Below, piece by piece: positions 40,561 to 49,752 of a stretch of DNA of 64,000 nucleotides. The stretch's first letter is position 1. The number at the start of each line of letters is the position of its first letter. The notes under the pieces are model-generated. The model was given only the letters and a program-made list of their open reading frames with translations, did no database searches and was not told where the DNA came from. Source of the stretch: Blautia sp. Its GTDB lineage: Bacteria; Bacillota; Clostridia; Lachnospirales; Lachnospiraceae. A program made the translations under genes and the position numbers. The DNA lies in the NCBI GenBank assembly GCA_022770365.1, contig JALEHU010000068.1, forward strand, positions 413 through 64,412. Reading direction: 5' to 3'.

Positions 40561-41619
40561 ATGAAAAATAAAAGAGTATCATGGATTTTGGCAGCCTGCG
40601 CGGGAATGTTCCTGCTTTCAGGCTGCGGCAGTGAAAAACAGAAAATATTTCAGCAGGCTGAGAAAGATATGGCGCAGGGAAGCTATGAATATGCACGCCA
40701 GGGCTTTGAAGCCAGTGTCTCCAATGAATGGAAAGTGGCGGAATCCTATCGCGGTGCAGGAATCTGCAGTCTTCGTCTGGGAAATTATGAGGATGCGATT
40801 GCTTATTTTACGAATGCACTGAATTGTGAGAAGGTGAGTAAATCTCTGGCCAGAGATATCCTGTCCTATCGTGCTGCGGCACAGTGGCATGCGAGGCTTC
40901 TGGATGATGCTATGGCTGATTGTCAGACTCTGGCGGAAGATTATACGATGGATGCAGATACGTATTATCTTACAGGAAAGATTGCTCTTGCGATGGATTC
41001 TTATGATGAAGCGGCATCTAATTTCAGTCAGGCTTATGAAGAAGACTCCACGTATGACAGAGCCATTGAAATATATGAGGCATATCTGGAACAGGATATG
41101 GAAGCTGACGGAACAAAATATCTGGAGGCGGCACTCACGACAGAGGCAAAAGATGCTGAGGATTACTGCGATCGGGGACGCGTCTATTATTACATGGAAG
41201 ACTACGCCAATGCCCAGAAGGAACTGATCGAGGCGTCCAATAAGGGAAATACAGAGGCTCTGATGTATCTGGGAATGGTATATCAGGCACAGAATGATAT
41301 TTCCAATGCGCGTTCCATGTATCAGGATTATATTTCCGGTGCAGATTCACCTGCAAAGGGATATAACGGCCTGGCACTCTGTGATATTGCAGAGGGCAAT
41401 TACGCGGATGCTCTGACAAATATCAGCAATGGCCTTCCTGCAGCTACAACAGAAGAGATGCAGGATCTTTTGTATAATGAGATGGTAGTTTATGAAAAAC
41501 AGCTTGATTTTGCCACTGCTCTTCAAAAAGCCCGGGAATATCTGGAAATTTTCCCGGAAGATGAGAAAGTTGAGCGGGAAATGAAATTCTTACAGACTCG
41601 TGTAGGGACTACACAGTAA
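40561..41619 (+). CDS. Tetratricopeptide repeat lipoprotein
   Basis: Lipobox LSGC; repeated TPR helices. Confidence 0.85.
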   Translation: MKNKRVSWILAACAGMFLLSGCGSEKQKIFQQAEKDMAQGSYEYARQGFEASVSNEWKVAESYRGAGICSLRLGNYEDAIAYFTNALNCEKVSKSLARDILSYRAAAQWHARLLDDAMADCQTLAEDYTMDADTYYLTGKIALAMDSYDEAASNFSQAYEEDSTYDRAIEIYEAYLEQDMEADGTKYLEAALTTEAKDAEDYCDRGRVYYYMEDYANAQKELIEASNKGNTEALMYLGMVYQAQNDISNARSMYQDYISGADSPAKGYNGLALCDIAEGNYADALTNISNGLPAATTEEMQDLLYNEMVVYEKQLDFATALQKAREYLEIFPEDEKVEREMKFLQTRVGTTQ

Positions 41620-41629
41620 GGATGTGTTT

Positions 41630-42871
41630 ATGCAGTTTTACGACTTTAAAGAAATAGAAGAACGTGTTATTCTGGTAGGAGTACAGATGGATCATGGCGA
41701 GGATACATCCGGGTCTCTTGATGAACTTGAAGAACTTGCGCAGACGGCAGGGGCTGTAACTGTGGGAAGGATTATTCAGAACCGTGAAGCCGTACATCCC
41801 GGAACTTACATCGGCAAAGGCAAAATAGACGAGGTGCGGTCGCTGGTTCTGGCTATGGATGCCAATGGCATTATCTGTGATGATGAGCTTTCACCGGCCC
41901 AGATGAATAATCTGGAACGGGAACTGGAATGCAAAGTGATGGACAGAACTCTGCTGATCCTGGATATTTTCGCAAAGAGGGCTGTGACCAGTGAAGGAAA
42001 GATTCAGGTGGAACTGGCTCAGCTGCGCTATCGTGCGGCACGCCTTGTCGGTCTTCGGGAATCCCTTTCCAGACTGGGCGGAGGTATTGGTACCAGAGGC
42101 CCCGGTGAGAAGAAACTGGAAACTGACCGGCGTCTGATCCGTACCAGGATCACGGCTCTCAAAGAAGAGCTTTCCCAGGTGGAGAAACACCGTGAACTGA
42201 TCCGTTCCAGACGTTCCTCGGGAAATCTGAAGACAGCTGCTATTGTAGGGTATACCAATGCGGGAAAATCCACACTTTTGAATACGCTGACCGGAGCAGA
42301 GGTGCTTTCCGAGGATAAACTGTTTGCCACACTGGATCCTACGACCCGTCTTCTGGAACTTCCGGATGGACAGCAGATTCTATTGACTGACACGGTAGGT
42401 TTTATCCGCAAGCTTCCCCACCATCTGGTAGAGGCTTTTAAGAGCACTCTGGAGGAGGCGAAGTACGCGGATTATATTATTCATGTTGTGGACGTATCCA
42501 ATCCTCAGGCAGAGATGCAGATGCATGTGGTGTACGAAACGCTTCAACAGCTTGGTGCCGCAGGCAAAAAGGTCATTACCCTTCTGAATAAACAGGATCT
42601 TGCTTTGGAAGAGCAGATCCGGGATTTCAGGGCAGACTACACACTGAAGATTTCTGCGAAAACAGGTCAGGGACTGACTGAACTGCAGGATCTTTTGTCC
42701 AGACTGCTTTCGGAAGATCAGATCTATATTGAACGGCTGTTCCCGTATCAGGAGGCAGGCAAAATTCAGCTGATTCGTGAGTATGGACAGCTTCTGGAAG
42801 AAGAATATACCGAGAATGGGATTGCGGTGAAAGCCAGAGTTCCCATGGAGATTTATCCGCGTGTTTATTAG
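41630..42871 (+). CDS. hflX: GTPase HflX
   Basis: GGGIGTRGPGE, GYTNAGKS, LFATLDPT, DTVGFI, NKQD. Confidence 0.95.
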   Translation: MQFYDFKEIEERVILVGVQMDHGEDTSGSLDELEELAQTAGAVTVGRIIQNREAVHPGTYIGKGKIDEVRSLVLAMDANGIICDDELSPAQMNNLERELECKVMDRTLLILDIFAKRAVTSEGKIQVELAQLRYRAARLVGLRESLSRLGGGIGTRGPGEKKLETDRRLIRTRITALKEELSQVEKHRELIRSRRSSGNLKTAAIVGYTNAGKSTLLNTLTGAEVLSEDKLFATLDPTTRLLELPDGQQILLTDTVGFIRKLPHHLVEAFKSTLEEAKYADYIIHVVDVSNPQAEMQMHVVYETLQQLGAAGKKVITLLNKQDLALEEQIRDFRADYTLKISAKTGQGLTELQDLLSRLLSEDQIYIERLFPYQEAGKIQLIREYGQLLEEEYTENGIAVKARVPMEIYPRVY

Positions 42872-42881
42872 AAATAAACAA

Positions 42882-42926
42882 ACACCATATTGTGTGTTAA
42901 CAGAAATGTAACACAAGATATGGTGT
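42882..42926. promoter_or_regulatory. Two tandem NrdR boxes
   Basis: ACACCATATTGTGTGT (42882-42897) and ACACAAGATATGGTGT (42911-42926) match acaCwAtATaTwGtgt, directly upstream of the nrdD promoter. Confidence 0.8.
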
Positions 42927-42934
42927 TTTTTATA

Positions 42935-42963
42935 TTGACGCAGATAAGATAGTCTGATACAAT
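42935..42963 (+). promoter_or_regulatory. SigA promoter of nrdD
   Basis: TTGACG-17 bp-TACAAT. Confidence 0.7.
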
Positions 42964-43026
42964 AGGTCTACAGCTTTAAGGGTGAACGGTAACAGTTTAA
43001 GAGGAAGCAGAGGAGGTTTGCATGCT

Positions 43027-45396
43027 ATGTTTCAGGTAGTAAAACGTGATGGAGAGATTGCTGATTTTTCCATGGGAAAAATCACATCAGCAATAGATAA
43101 AGCATTTGTGGCAAAAGAGAAGAATTACAGTAAGGATATGATCGATCTGCTGGGGCTTCGTGTGACAGCGGATTTTCAGAATAAAATCAAAGATAATCAG
43201 ATTACTGTGGAAGATATTCAGGACAGTGTGGAAAATGTGCTGATCCAGGCCGGATATGCGGATGTTGCCAAGGCATATATCCTTTACCGCAAACAGCGGG
43301 AAAAAGTCCGCAATATGAAATCTACAATCCTGGATTATAAAGAGATCGTAAACAGTTATGTAAAGGTAGAGGACTGGCGCGTAAAAGAAAATTCCACGGT
43401 GACATATTCCGTAGGAGGACTGATCCTGAGCAATTCCGGTGCAGTAACTGCCAATTACTGGCTGTCCGAGATTTATGATAACGAAATCGCGGATGCTCAC
43501 AGAAATGCGGATATCCATATCCACGACCTTTCCATGCTTACCGGTTACTGCGCCGGCTGGTCCCTGAAACAGCTGATTCAGGAAGGTCTCGGAGGAATTG
43601 AAGGAAAGATTACTTCTTCTCCTGCAAAACACCTGAGTGTACTTTGCAACCAGATGGTGAATTTCCTGGGAATTATGCAGAACGAGTGGGCCGGTGCCCA
43701 GGCATTTTCTTCCTTTGACACGTATCTGGCGCCTTTTGTGAAAGCAGACAACCTGTCTTATCCGGAAGTAAAAAAATGTATAGAATCTTTTATTTACGGT
43801 GTGAATACACCCAGCCGCTGGGGAACACAGGCTCCATTTTCCAATATCACGCTGGACTGGACGGTTCCGGACGATCTTGCAGAACTTCCGGCTATCGTAG
43901 GCGGCAGGGAGATGGATTTCAAATACAAAGACTGCAAGAAAGAAATGGATATGGTCAATAGGGCATTTATTGAAACAATGATCGAAGGGGATGCCCACGG
44001 ACGCGGATTCCAGTCTCCGATTCCCACCTATTCCATTACACAAGATTTTGTCTGGTCTGATACAGAAAACAATCGTCTTCTTTTTGAGATGACAGCGAAA
44101 TACGGAACGCCGTATTTTTCCAATTATATCAACAGTGATATGAAACCAAGTGACATCCGCAGCATGTGCTGCCGTCTGCGCCTGGATCTGCGTGAGCTTC
44201 GCAAGAAGAGCGGCGGATTCTTTGGTTCCGGTGAAAGCACCGGTTCTGTGGGTGTTGTGACAATTAATATGCCAAGAATCGCCTATCTGTCAAAAACTCC
44301 GGAAGAGTTTTACCGCAGACTGGATCATATGATGGATATTGCTGCCAGATCCCTTCACATAAAGAGAGAAGTCATCAGCAAGCTGCTGGATGAAGGACTT
44401 TACCCATATACGAAGAGATATCTGGGAAGCTTTAATAATCATTTTTCAACGATCGGTCTTGTGGGTATGAACGAAGCCGGCCTGAATGCATGCTGGCTGG
44501 GATGTGATATGACAGATGAGCGCACCCAGAAATTTACGAAAGAAGTTCTGGAGCATATGCGCAGCCGTCTTTCTGATTATCAGGAGCTGTATGAGGGTGA
44601 ATTATTCAATCTGGAGGCGACTCCGGCAGAGTCCACCGCATATCGTCTTGCAAAACACGACAGGAAGCGCTGGCCGGATATCCGTACTGCAGGAAGCAAG
44701 GGAGATATTCCGTATTATACCAACAGTTCGCATCTGCCGGTGGAATTCAGCTCAGATATTTTTGATGCGCTGGATATCCAGGATGAATTGCAGACACTGT
44801 ATACTTCCGGTACGGTATTCCATGGTTTCCTTGGAGAAAAACTTCCTGACTGGAAGGCAGCCGCTTCTCTTGTGAGAAAGATTGCAGAAAATTACCGCCT
44901 TCCGTATTACACGATTTCTCCCACATATTCCGTCTGCCAGGAGCATGGATATTTGAGCGGGGAACACTTCACCTGCCCGAAATGCGGCAAGAAGGCGGAA
45001 GTTTACAGCCGTATTACCGGTTATTACCGTCCGGTCCAGAACTGGAACGATGGTAAGGCTCAGGAATATAAGAACCGTACTCTGTATGATGTTTCTAATT
45101 CAAGACTTAAAAAGGTCCACACAAGTGTTGTGACTCTTACTGAGGATGATGTAAAGGTACAGCCGCTTGAGACACATAAGTATTTATTTACTACCAGCAC
45201 TTGTCCAAATTGCCGCATGGCGAAGAAGATGCTGGAAGGTGAAGATCTGGAGATCATTGATGCGGAGAAAAATCCGGAAATGGCAAGACAGTTCGGAATC
45301 ATGCAGGCACCGACCCTGGTCATCGCAGATGGGGAACACCTGACGAAGTATGTGAATGCGTCCAATATTCAGAGATATGTGGATGAGGAACTTTAA
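43027..45396 (+). CDS. nrdD: Anaerobic ribonucleoside-triphosphate reductase with ATP cone and C-terminal glutaredoxin-like domain
   Basis: ATP cone VVKRDG; SMCCRL; ATPAES; CQEH..CPKC; glycyl radical YSRITGYY; terminal TSTCPNC...GIMQAPTL. Confidence 0.95.
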   Translation: MFQVVKRDGEIADFSMGKITSAIDKAFVAKEKNYSKDMIDLLGLRVTADFQNKIKDNQITVEDIQDSVENVLIQAGYADVAKAYILYRKQREKVRNMKSTILDYKEIVNSYVKVEDWRVKENSTVTYSVGGLILSNSGAVTANYWLSEIYDNEIADAHRNADIHIHDLSMLTGYCAGWSLKQLIQEGLGGIEGKITSSPAKHLSVLCNQMVNFLGIMQNEWAGAQAFSSFDTYLAPFVKADNLSYPEVKKCIESFIYGVNTPSRWGTQAPFSNITLDWTVPDDLAELPAIVGGREMDFKYKDCKKEMDMVNRAFIETMIEGDAHGRGFQSPIPTYSITQDFVWSDTENNRLLFEMTAKYGTPYFSNYINSDMKPSDIRSMCCRLRLDLRELRKKSGGFFGSGESTGSVGVVTINMPRIAYLSKTPEEFYRRLDHMMDIAARSLHIKREVISKLLDEGLYPYTKRYLGSFNNHFSTIGLVGMNEAGLNACWLGCDMTDERTQKFTKEVLEHMRSRLSDYQELYEGELFNLEATPAESTAYRLAKHDRKRWPDIRTAGSKGDIPYYTNSSHLPVEFSSDIFDALDIQDELQTLYTSGTVFHGFLGEKLPDWKAAASLVRKIAENYRLPYYTISPTYSVCQEHGYLSGEHFTCPKCGKKAEVYSRITGYYRPVQNWNDGKAQEYKNRTLYDVSNSRLKKVHTSVVTLTEDDVKVQPLETHKYLFTTSTCPNCRMAKKMLEGEDLEIIDAEKNPEMARQFGIMQAPTLVIADGEHLTKYVNASNIQRYVDEEL

Positions 45397-45440
45397 AAAA
45401 TTGAAAAAAGCGAAAAAAGCAAATTAAAAAACAGAACATG

Positions 45441-45495
45441 CATCCGGGAATGCGGCTTTGACGGAATCGTGAAAGTGTATTCCCGGATGTTTAGT
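45441..45495 (+). terminator. Hairpin after nrdD
   Basis: CATCCGGGAAT ... ATTCCCGGATG followed by TTT. Confidence 0.5.
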
Positions 45496-45637
45496 CATAC
45501 AATAAAAGTCATTTTACAGCAAACAACAGAAATTGTGCCGCAAAGTGACTTTTATGTAGCTGTTTCTCATTATTCAATGGATTTTATCATTTGTATGAAG
45601 AATCTTTTTCTGTGAGTGACTGCACAGTTTTCTCTTA

Positions 45638-46693
45638 TTATACAGTTGCATCTTCTAATTGCTGGCGCAGAGTATTGATAAGCCTGTCTTTTTCAGCGAG
45701 AGCAGCATCTTTCTCTGTAAGAGCAGCATCTCTCTGTGCGAGAGCAGCGTCTTTCTCTGTAAGGGCAGCATCTTTCTGTGCAATAACTGTATCTTTCTCT
45801 TCTACCTGTGCAGTCAGGTCGTCGATCATGAGTCTGGCAGTATTGCGGTCCATCATCACTAATTCTTTTGAAAACATGCTGATCATCCTTTCCACATTTT
45901 CGCAGATATCATAGATATGCTGGTAAACCGGCCTGAACTCAGGATACTGGGAGATCAGCCGGATAATGTGTTCCGGTTGATCAAAGCTGAGAAAAGCAAG
46001 CCATGCTTCCAGCTGGTTACGGATACCATTATTGTAGAAACTTTTTTTGAAAATATCAAGAGGGATCATATAAATTTGCATAGGAATATGAACAGACAGC
46101 CCTGTGTCAAATTCAAATTGTGCATGATGGATATAGGTATTCGGGAATTCTCTGAATACGGGAGGTGAAAATTCATAAAAAATGATCGTATAGACTTCAC
46201 GGATGTCATTATAGGAAAACTCTTTTTTCTTACGATTGCGTATGCGTTTATACTGCCGCAGCATCAGATCTGAAGCATAACAGGCTGACCGTTCTCCGGG
46301 GAAATAGTAACCAACCTTTTGAACTTCCACATCTGCGATCCTTCCATCTTCAAATTCCACTACAATATCCGTCACAAGCAGGGAACCTTCGTCAGTAAGG
46401 CGTGTGGAATCATTGGGAAGGATCTGCCTGATACGGACATTTTCTTTCAGGATCAGAGAAAGGAGAGCTTCCAGACGTTCCGGTACATATTCCGGATTAA
46501 ATATTTCTTTAAAATAAGGATCATAAAGGATCTTGATTCCTCTGGCGCCTGTACAGTAGTCAAGAAAACGATTCTGTTCCTCCTGCATCCAGGAAGAAAA
46601 AGTCATCTGCATCGCAGCATTGTGACGAATCTCATCAAGTACCGCATTCCGGCTGCGGATATTGGGAAAAAATGCTTTTAAATTGGTTTTCAT
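45638..46693 (-). CDS. Rpn family / PD-(D/E)XK nuclease ('putative transposase')
   Basis: YDPYFKEIF, TDIVVEFEDGRIADVEVQK, ERSACY, LEAWLAFL; coiled-coil C-tail; GGAGG RBS. Confidence 0.85.
   Translation of the reverse strand: MKTNLKAFFPNIRSRNAVLDEIRHNAAMQMTFSSWMQEEQNRFLDYCTGARGIKILYDPYFKEIFNPEYVPERLEALLSLILKENVRIRQILPNDSTRLTDEGSLLVTDIVVEFEDGRIADVEVQKVGYYFPGERSACYASDLMLRQYKRIRNRKKKEFSYNDIREVYTIIFYEFSPPVFREFPNTYIHHAQFEFDTGLSVHIPMQIYMIPLDIFKKSFYNNGIRNQLEAWLAFLSFDQPEHIIRLISQYPEFRPVYQHIYDICENVERMISMFSKELVMMDRNTARLMIDDLTAQVEEKDTVIAQKDAALTEKDAALAQRDAALTEKDAALAEKDRLINTLRQQLEDATV
45698..45781 (-). repeat. 4 x 21-bp intragenic tandem repeat (heptad AQKDAAL/TEKDAAL)
   Basis: Units at 45698, 45719, 45740 and 45761, with a 42-bp higher-order period. 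Confidence 0.9.
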
Positions 46694-46829
46694 AATACCT
46701 CCTGTAAAAGGGAACATCTTCCGGAGACAACCCGGACCGAATAAATTAGATTAAGTATAGAAATTACAGATATCTGATGTATTCAGGATAACACGGGCAT
46801 GTTTTAGTGGCAAGAAAAATCGTACGACA

Positions 46830-46953
46830 GATTATGACAACAACCGGAAAAGTGGATCTCTATGGTAGCAATAGCTGCATGTACATCTGCAATGTCAAGA
46901 ATGATGTTATTGCTCTCATTGACAGGTATGGAAATACCGTTGTAAGATATTAA
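46830..46953 (+). pseudogene. Degenerate RHS-repeat remnant
   Basis: Frame from 46861 reads ...MYICNVKNDVIALIDRYGNTVVRY*, resembling RHS core YYxxNxxGDVxxLxDxxGxxVxxY; DYDNN lies in a shifted frame upstream. Confidence 0.5.
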
Positions 46954-47060
46954 AAGGTAATAAGAGAACTCAGGGTAAAAAAGCAAGATGACACGTGTTT
47001 AGATTTGAAAAAACTGATGACAGGCATTATAAACTTTGCACCGAATGATGAGGAAAGAAG

Positions 47061-47777
47061 ATGGCGAGGTATCATATGTGTAAAGAAAAAATTGGAAGAC
47101 CAGTAAGAGTTACAAGTATCGGATTCAATGACTGCGATTTTGATAAGGTTCTTGATATTATTGATTCAGAAGGCGAGTATGGAGCAGATATGATTATTCT
47201 GCCGGAAGCGTGGAGAGGGTTTGAATCAGAGCCGGAGACATTGACAGGAATTACGGTTTCTTCTGTAGCAAAAATTGCAAAAAAGCATAATACTTATATT
47301 GCATGTCCGATCTATAGAAAATGTGAAGACGGGAAGTGTTTTAACTCGAATGTATTAATTGATCGAAACGGAGAAGTTGTATTTGTATATGATAAAGTAT
47401 TTCCTTATTGGGAAGAATTTGAATCAAACAGGAATCTTCATGTGGGAACAGAGGCGGCTGTCTTTGAAACAGATTTTGGACGGATTGGGATGGCCACTTG
47501 CTTTGATGCAAATTTTCCGGAAGTATGGAAACGACTTGCTGATTTAAAAGCAGAAATGGTAATATGGGCCAGTGCTTATTCGGCAGGGAGTACTCTTCAG
47601 GCTCACGCTTTAAATCATCATTATTATATCGTGACATCTACTTTATTGCGGGACTGTACGGTTTTTGACATTACAGGTCGTGAATTACTTTATGAAAAAA
47701 GCGATAGCATTAATATCAGTCGTATTGTTCTTGATTTGGACAGAGGAATTTATCATGAGAATTTTAATATGGATTAG
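47061..47777 (+). CDS. Carbon-nitrogen hydrolase (nitrilase superfamily), possibly 3' truncated
   Basis: E-K-C triad: ILPE, YDKVF, TCFDANFPE; AT-rich relative to flanks. Confidence 0.8.
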   Translation: MARYHMCKEKIGRPVRVTSIGFNDCDFDKVLDIIDSEGEYGADMIILPEAWRGFESEPETLTGITVSSVAKIAKKHNTYIACPIYRKCEDGKCFNSNVLIDRNGEVVFVYDKVFPYWEEFESNRNLHVGTEAAVFETDFGRIGMATCFDANFPEVWKRLADLKAEMVIWASAYSAGSTLQAHALNHHYYIVTSTLLRDCTVFDITGRELLYEKSDSINISRIVLDLDRGIYHENFNMD

Positions 47778-47930
47778 AGTGGTATTATAAAGAAGAGGAA
47801 GGGCTGATTATAATAATTCCTGATTATTTACAGGATCCTCTTAATCGTCCATGTAAAAGTGCGTACTCATTTAAAATTGCTGTGGACAATTAACATGTAA
47901 AGTAAGAGAGGAACGGAGGTTGCAGCAGAT

Positions 47931-48536
47931 ATGGAGAAAACAGCAAAGAAAATTCTGGTGATAGACGCCTGTGTGCGCCGGGAGGAATCCCGTACAAGGA
48001 AGCTGATGGACCGGGCGGTGCAGACTTTAAAAAAGATTCACCCTCACTGGCAGTTTGAAATGCTTTCCCTGATGGATCTGGACCTGAAATACTGGAATAC
48101 CCGGTCGCTGAAAGAAAGAGATGAGCTCCTTGCAAAAAAAGAATACGATGCACCTGTTTTTGCTTACGGAAATCAGTTCCGGGAAGCTGACGGGGTAATC
48201 GTGGCGGCACCCTTCTGGGATCTGAGCATTCCGGCTGTGCTGAAAGTTTATATCGAAAATATTTCCGCGGAAGGTATTACCTTCGGATGCGGGCCGGAAG
48301 GACTTTACGGGCTTTGCAGGGCACAGTGGCTGCTGTTTCTTACCACAAGGGGCGGCATATGGGAAGGATCAGACATGGAGCAGGGAAGCAGGTATATGGA
48401 AGCGATATCCGGATTCTTTGGCATCGATCGCTACCTTCATGTTTATGCAGATGGTATTGATATTGATACACTGGATGGTGAGAGGATTCTGGAGGAAGCC
48501 CTGCTGGAAGTGGAACATATTTGTTCAGAATTATAA
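47931..48536 (+). CDS. FMN-dependent NAD(P)H oxidoreductase (AzoR/flavodoxin-2 family)
   Basis: ILVIDACVR..SRT, AAPFWDLSIPAVLKVYIE, LTTRGG. Confidence 0.85.
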   Translation: MEKTAKKILVIDACVRREESRTRKLMDRAVQTLKKIHPHWQFEMLSLMDLDLKYWNTRSLKERDELLAKKEYDAPVFAYGNQFREADGVIVAAPFWDLSIPAVLKVYIENISAEGITFGCGPEGLYGLCRAQWLLFLTTRGGIWEGSDMEQGSRYMEAISGFFGIDRYLHVYADGIDIDTLDGERILEEALLEVEHICSEL

Positions 48537-48548
48537 AGAAGCCTTCGC

Positions 48549-48657
48549 ACATTGAGTTCAGGGAAGCGAATATTTCAATGAATTTTAGAAATTTTCTATA
48601 AATGAATTGGAAAGTTAAGTTTATGCTCCCTGAGTTTATGCTCCCTGAACTCAATGT
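48549..48657. repeat. 109-bp element with perfect 16-bp terminal inverted repeats (MITE-like)
   Basis: ACATTGAGTTCAGGGA (48549-48564) and TCCCTGAACTCAATGT (48642-48657); internal 15-bp tandem duplication AGTTTATGCTCCCTG x2 (48618-48647). Confidence 0.6.
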
Positions 48658-48669
48658 TTTCATCCGTAT

Positions 48670-49143
48670 TTAGCACAATACAATAATTTTTCTTGGTATT
48701 GTCTGGGGAGGAATGCTTCTGGTCGTAGTCGTATAATAAACTAACAAAGTCCGGTTTCCCAGGCTGCAGGTGAAATTCTGCCCATTGATTGTTCTGACAA
48801 CGGTATTACCAGCAACATTAAGGCTCAAAGAACCGTCAGCTGCAACCAGATTATTATTAAATTCACTCAACAGTATCTGTTCTCTTCCATTTAGCGCTGT
48901 AATAATCTGTGCTCGATACTGCGGCGGAAAAATCATCGGAACCGGCAGATTGCTGTCATAAAAAGCTGCCACCGCCATTCCGGGACGAAGATGCCGGTTA
49001 TCAATCACATGAGTTTCCGGACCTATCATAAAATTTACGATACCTTCACCTGTGGCAATGGCTGCCATCTGCTCACAGCAGTCTGTTCCCATCGAAACAC
49101 TTACGATGGTTCCTGTTACAGGTACATAATCAGAATATGCCAT
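48670..49143 (-). CDS. Conserved clostridial hypothetical protein
   Basis: Two similar halves ending PMIFPPQY and TRSIPPQT. Confidence 0.7.
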   Translation of the reverse strand: MAYSDYVPVTGTIVSVSMGTDCCEQMAAIATGEGIVNFMIGPETHVIDNRHLRPGMAVAAFYDSNLPVPMIFPPQYRAQIITALNGREQILLSEFNNNLVAADGSLSLNVAGNTVVRTINGQNFTCSLGNRTLLVYYTTTTRSIPPQTIPRKIIVLC

Positions 49144-49443
49144 AATAACTTTTGCTATTATTCAGTATAATCATTATGCTCGACGGCAATATGACAAGCT
49201 GAATAACGATACCCTTTTTTTTAGAATATGAATTTCTTCAGAGATGTTGCATAAAAATCTCTGTATTTCTCACAACAGAACAGAAACTGCTGCTTTATTA
49301 TATTGATAAACTATTCGATATGTGTTTTTGATGTCGTGAAAGTGTATAAAACATCTTTCGGACAATAAGAAAAACTGTGGAAAATACCGGGAAAAATATT
49401 GACAGCAACACATATTATATGTTATAAATAATGCACCAAAAAA

Positions 49444-49708
49444 CCGTTGAAGAAGAGTGAGTACCTTTTATTCATCTGATTACAGAGAGCTGTTGTTGGT
49501 GGAAGACAGTATCGGACATAAGAGGGAATGGGCTTCGGAGGGCGAGCAGAAGTAAGTATGCGAGCCGGAGAGAACACTCCGTTATCAAATTCAGCATATG
49601 TCAGTATGCGATGAGTGGGTATGTGAATACCAAGCCGGGTGGCACCGCAGGAGTTTTACTCTTGTCCCTGCAAGAAATGTATTGTGGGAGACGAGGGTAT
49701 TTTTTTAT
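49444..49708 (+). ncRNA. T-box riboswitch with Trp specifier
   Basis: AGTA and AGAGA boxes, GGTGGAA, specifier GAA-TGG-GC at 49529-49531, T-box AAGCCGGGTGGCACCGC at 49632-49648, then terminator and T-tract. Confidence 0.88.
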
Positions 49709-49752
49709 GAAAAAATGGCAGTAGCCAGAGAAATGAAAGGAGAAAACTGAAT

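Noticed and set aside
38982-40562. 526-aa minus-strand ORF
   Set aside because: Antisense shadow of glmM with no motifs; explained by the codon bias of the sense gene
43087-44043. 318-aa antisense ORF (likewise 51213-52295 and 37029-37814)
   Set aside because: Shadows of nrdD, the acyl-CoA ligase and prfA
45698-45781. Regular repeats considered as a CRISPR array
   Set aside because: No spacers; these are in-frame heptad coding repeats, and no cas genes are present
45638-46693. Rpn gene as an IS element
   Set aside because: No terminal inverted repeats or target duplication; the family is not a proven transposase
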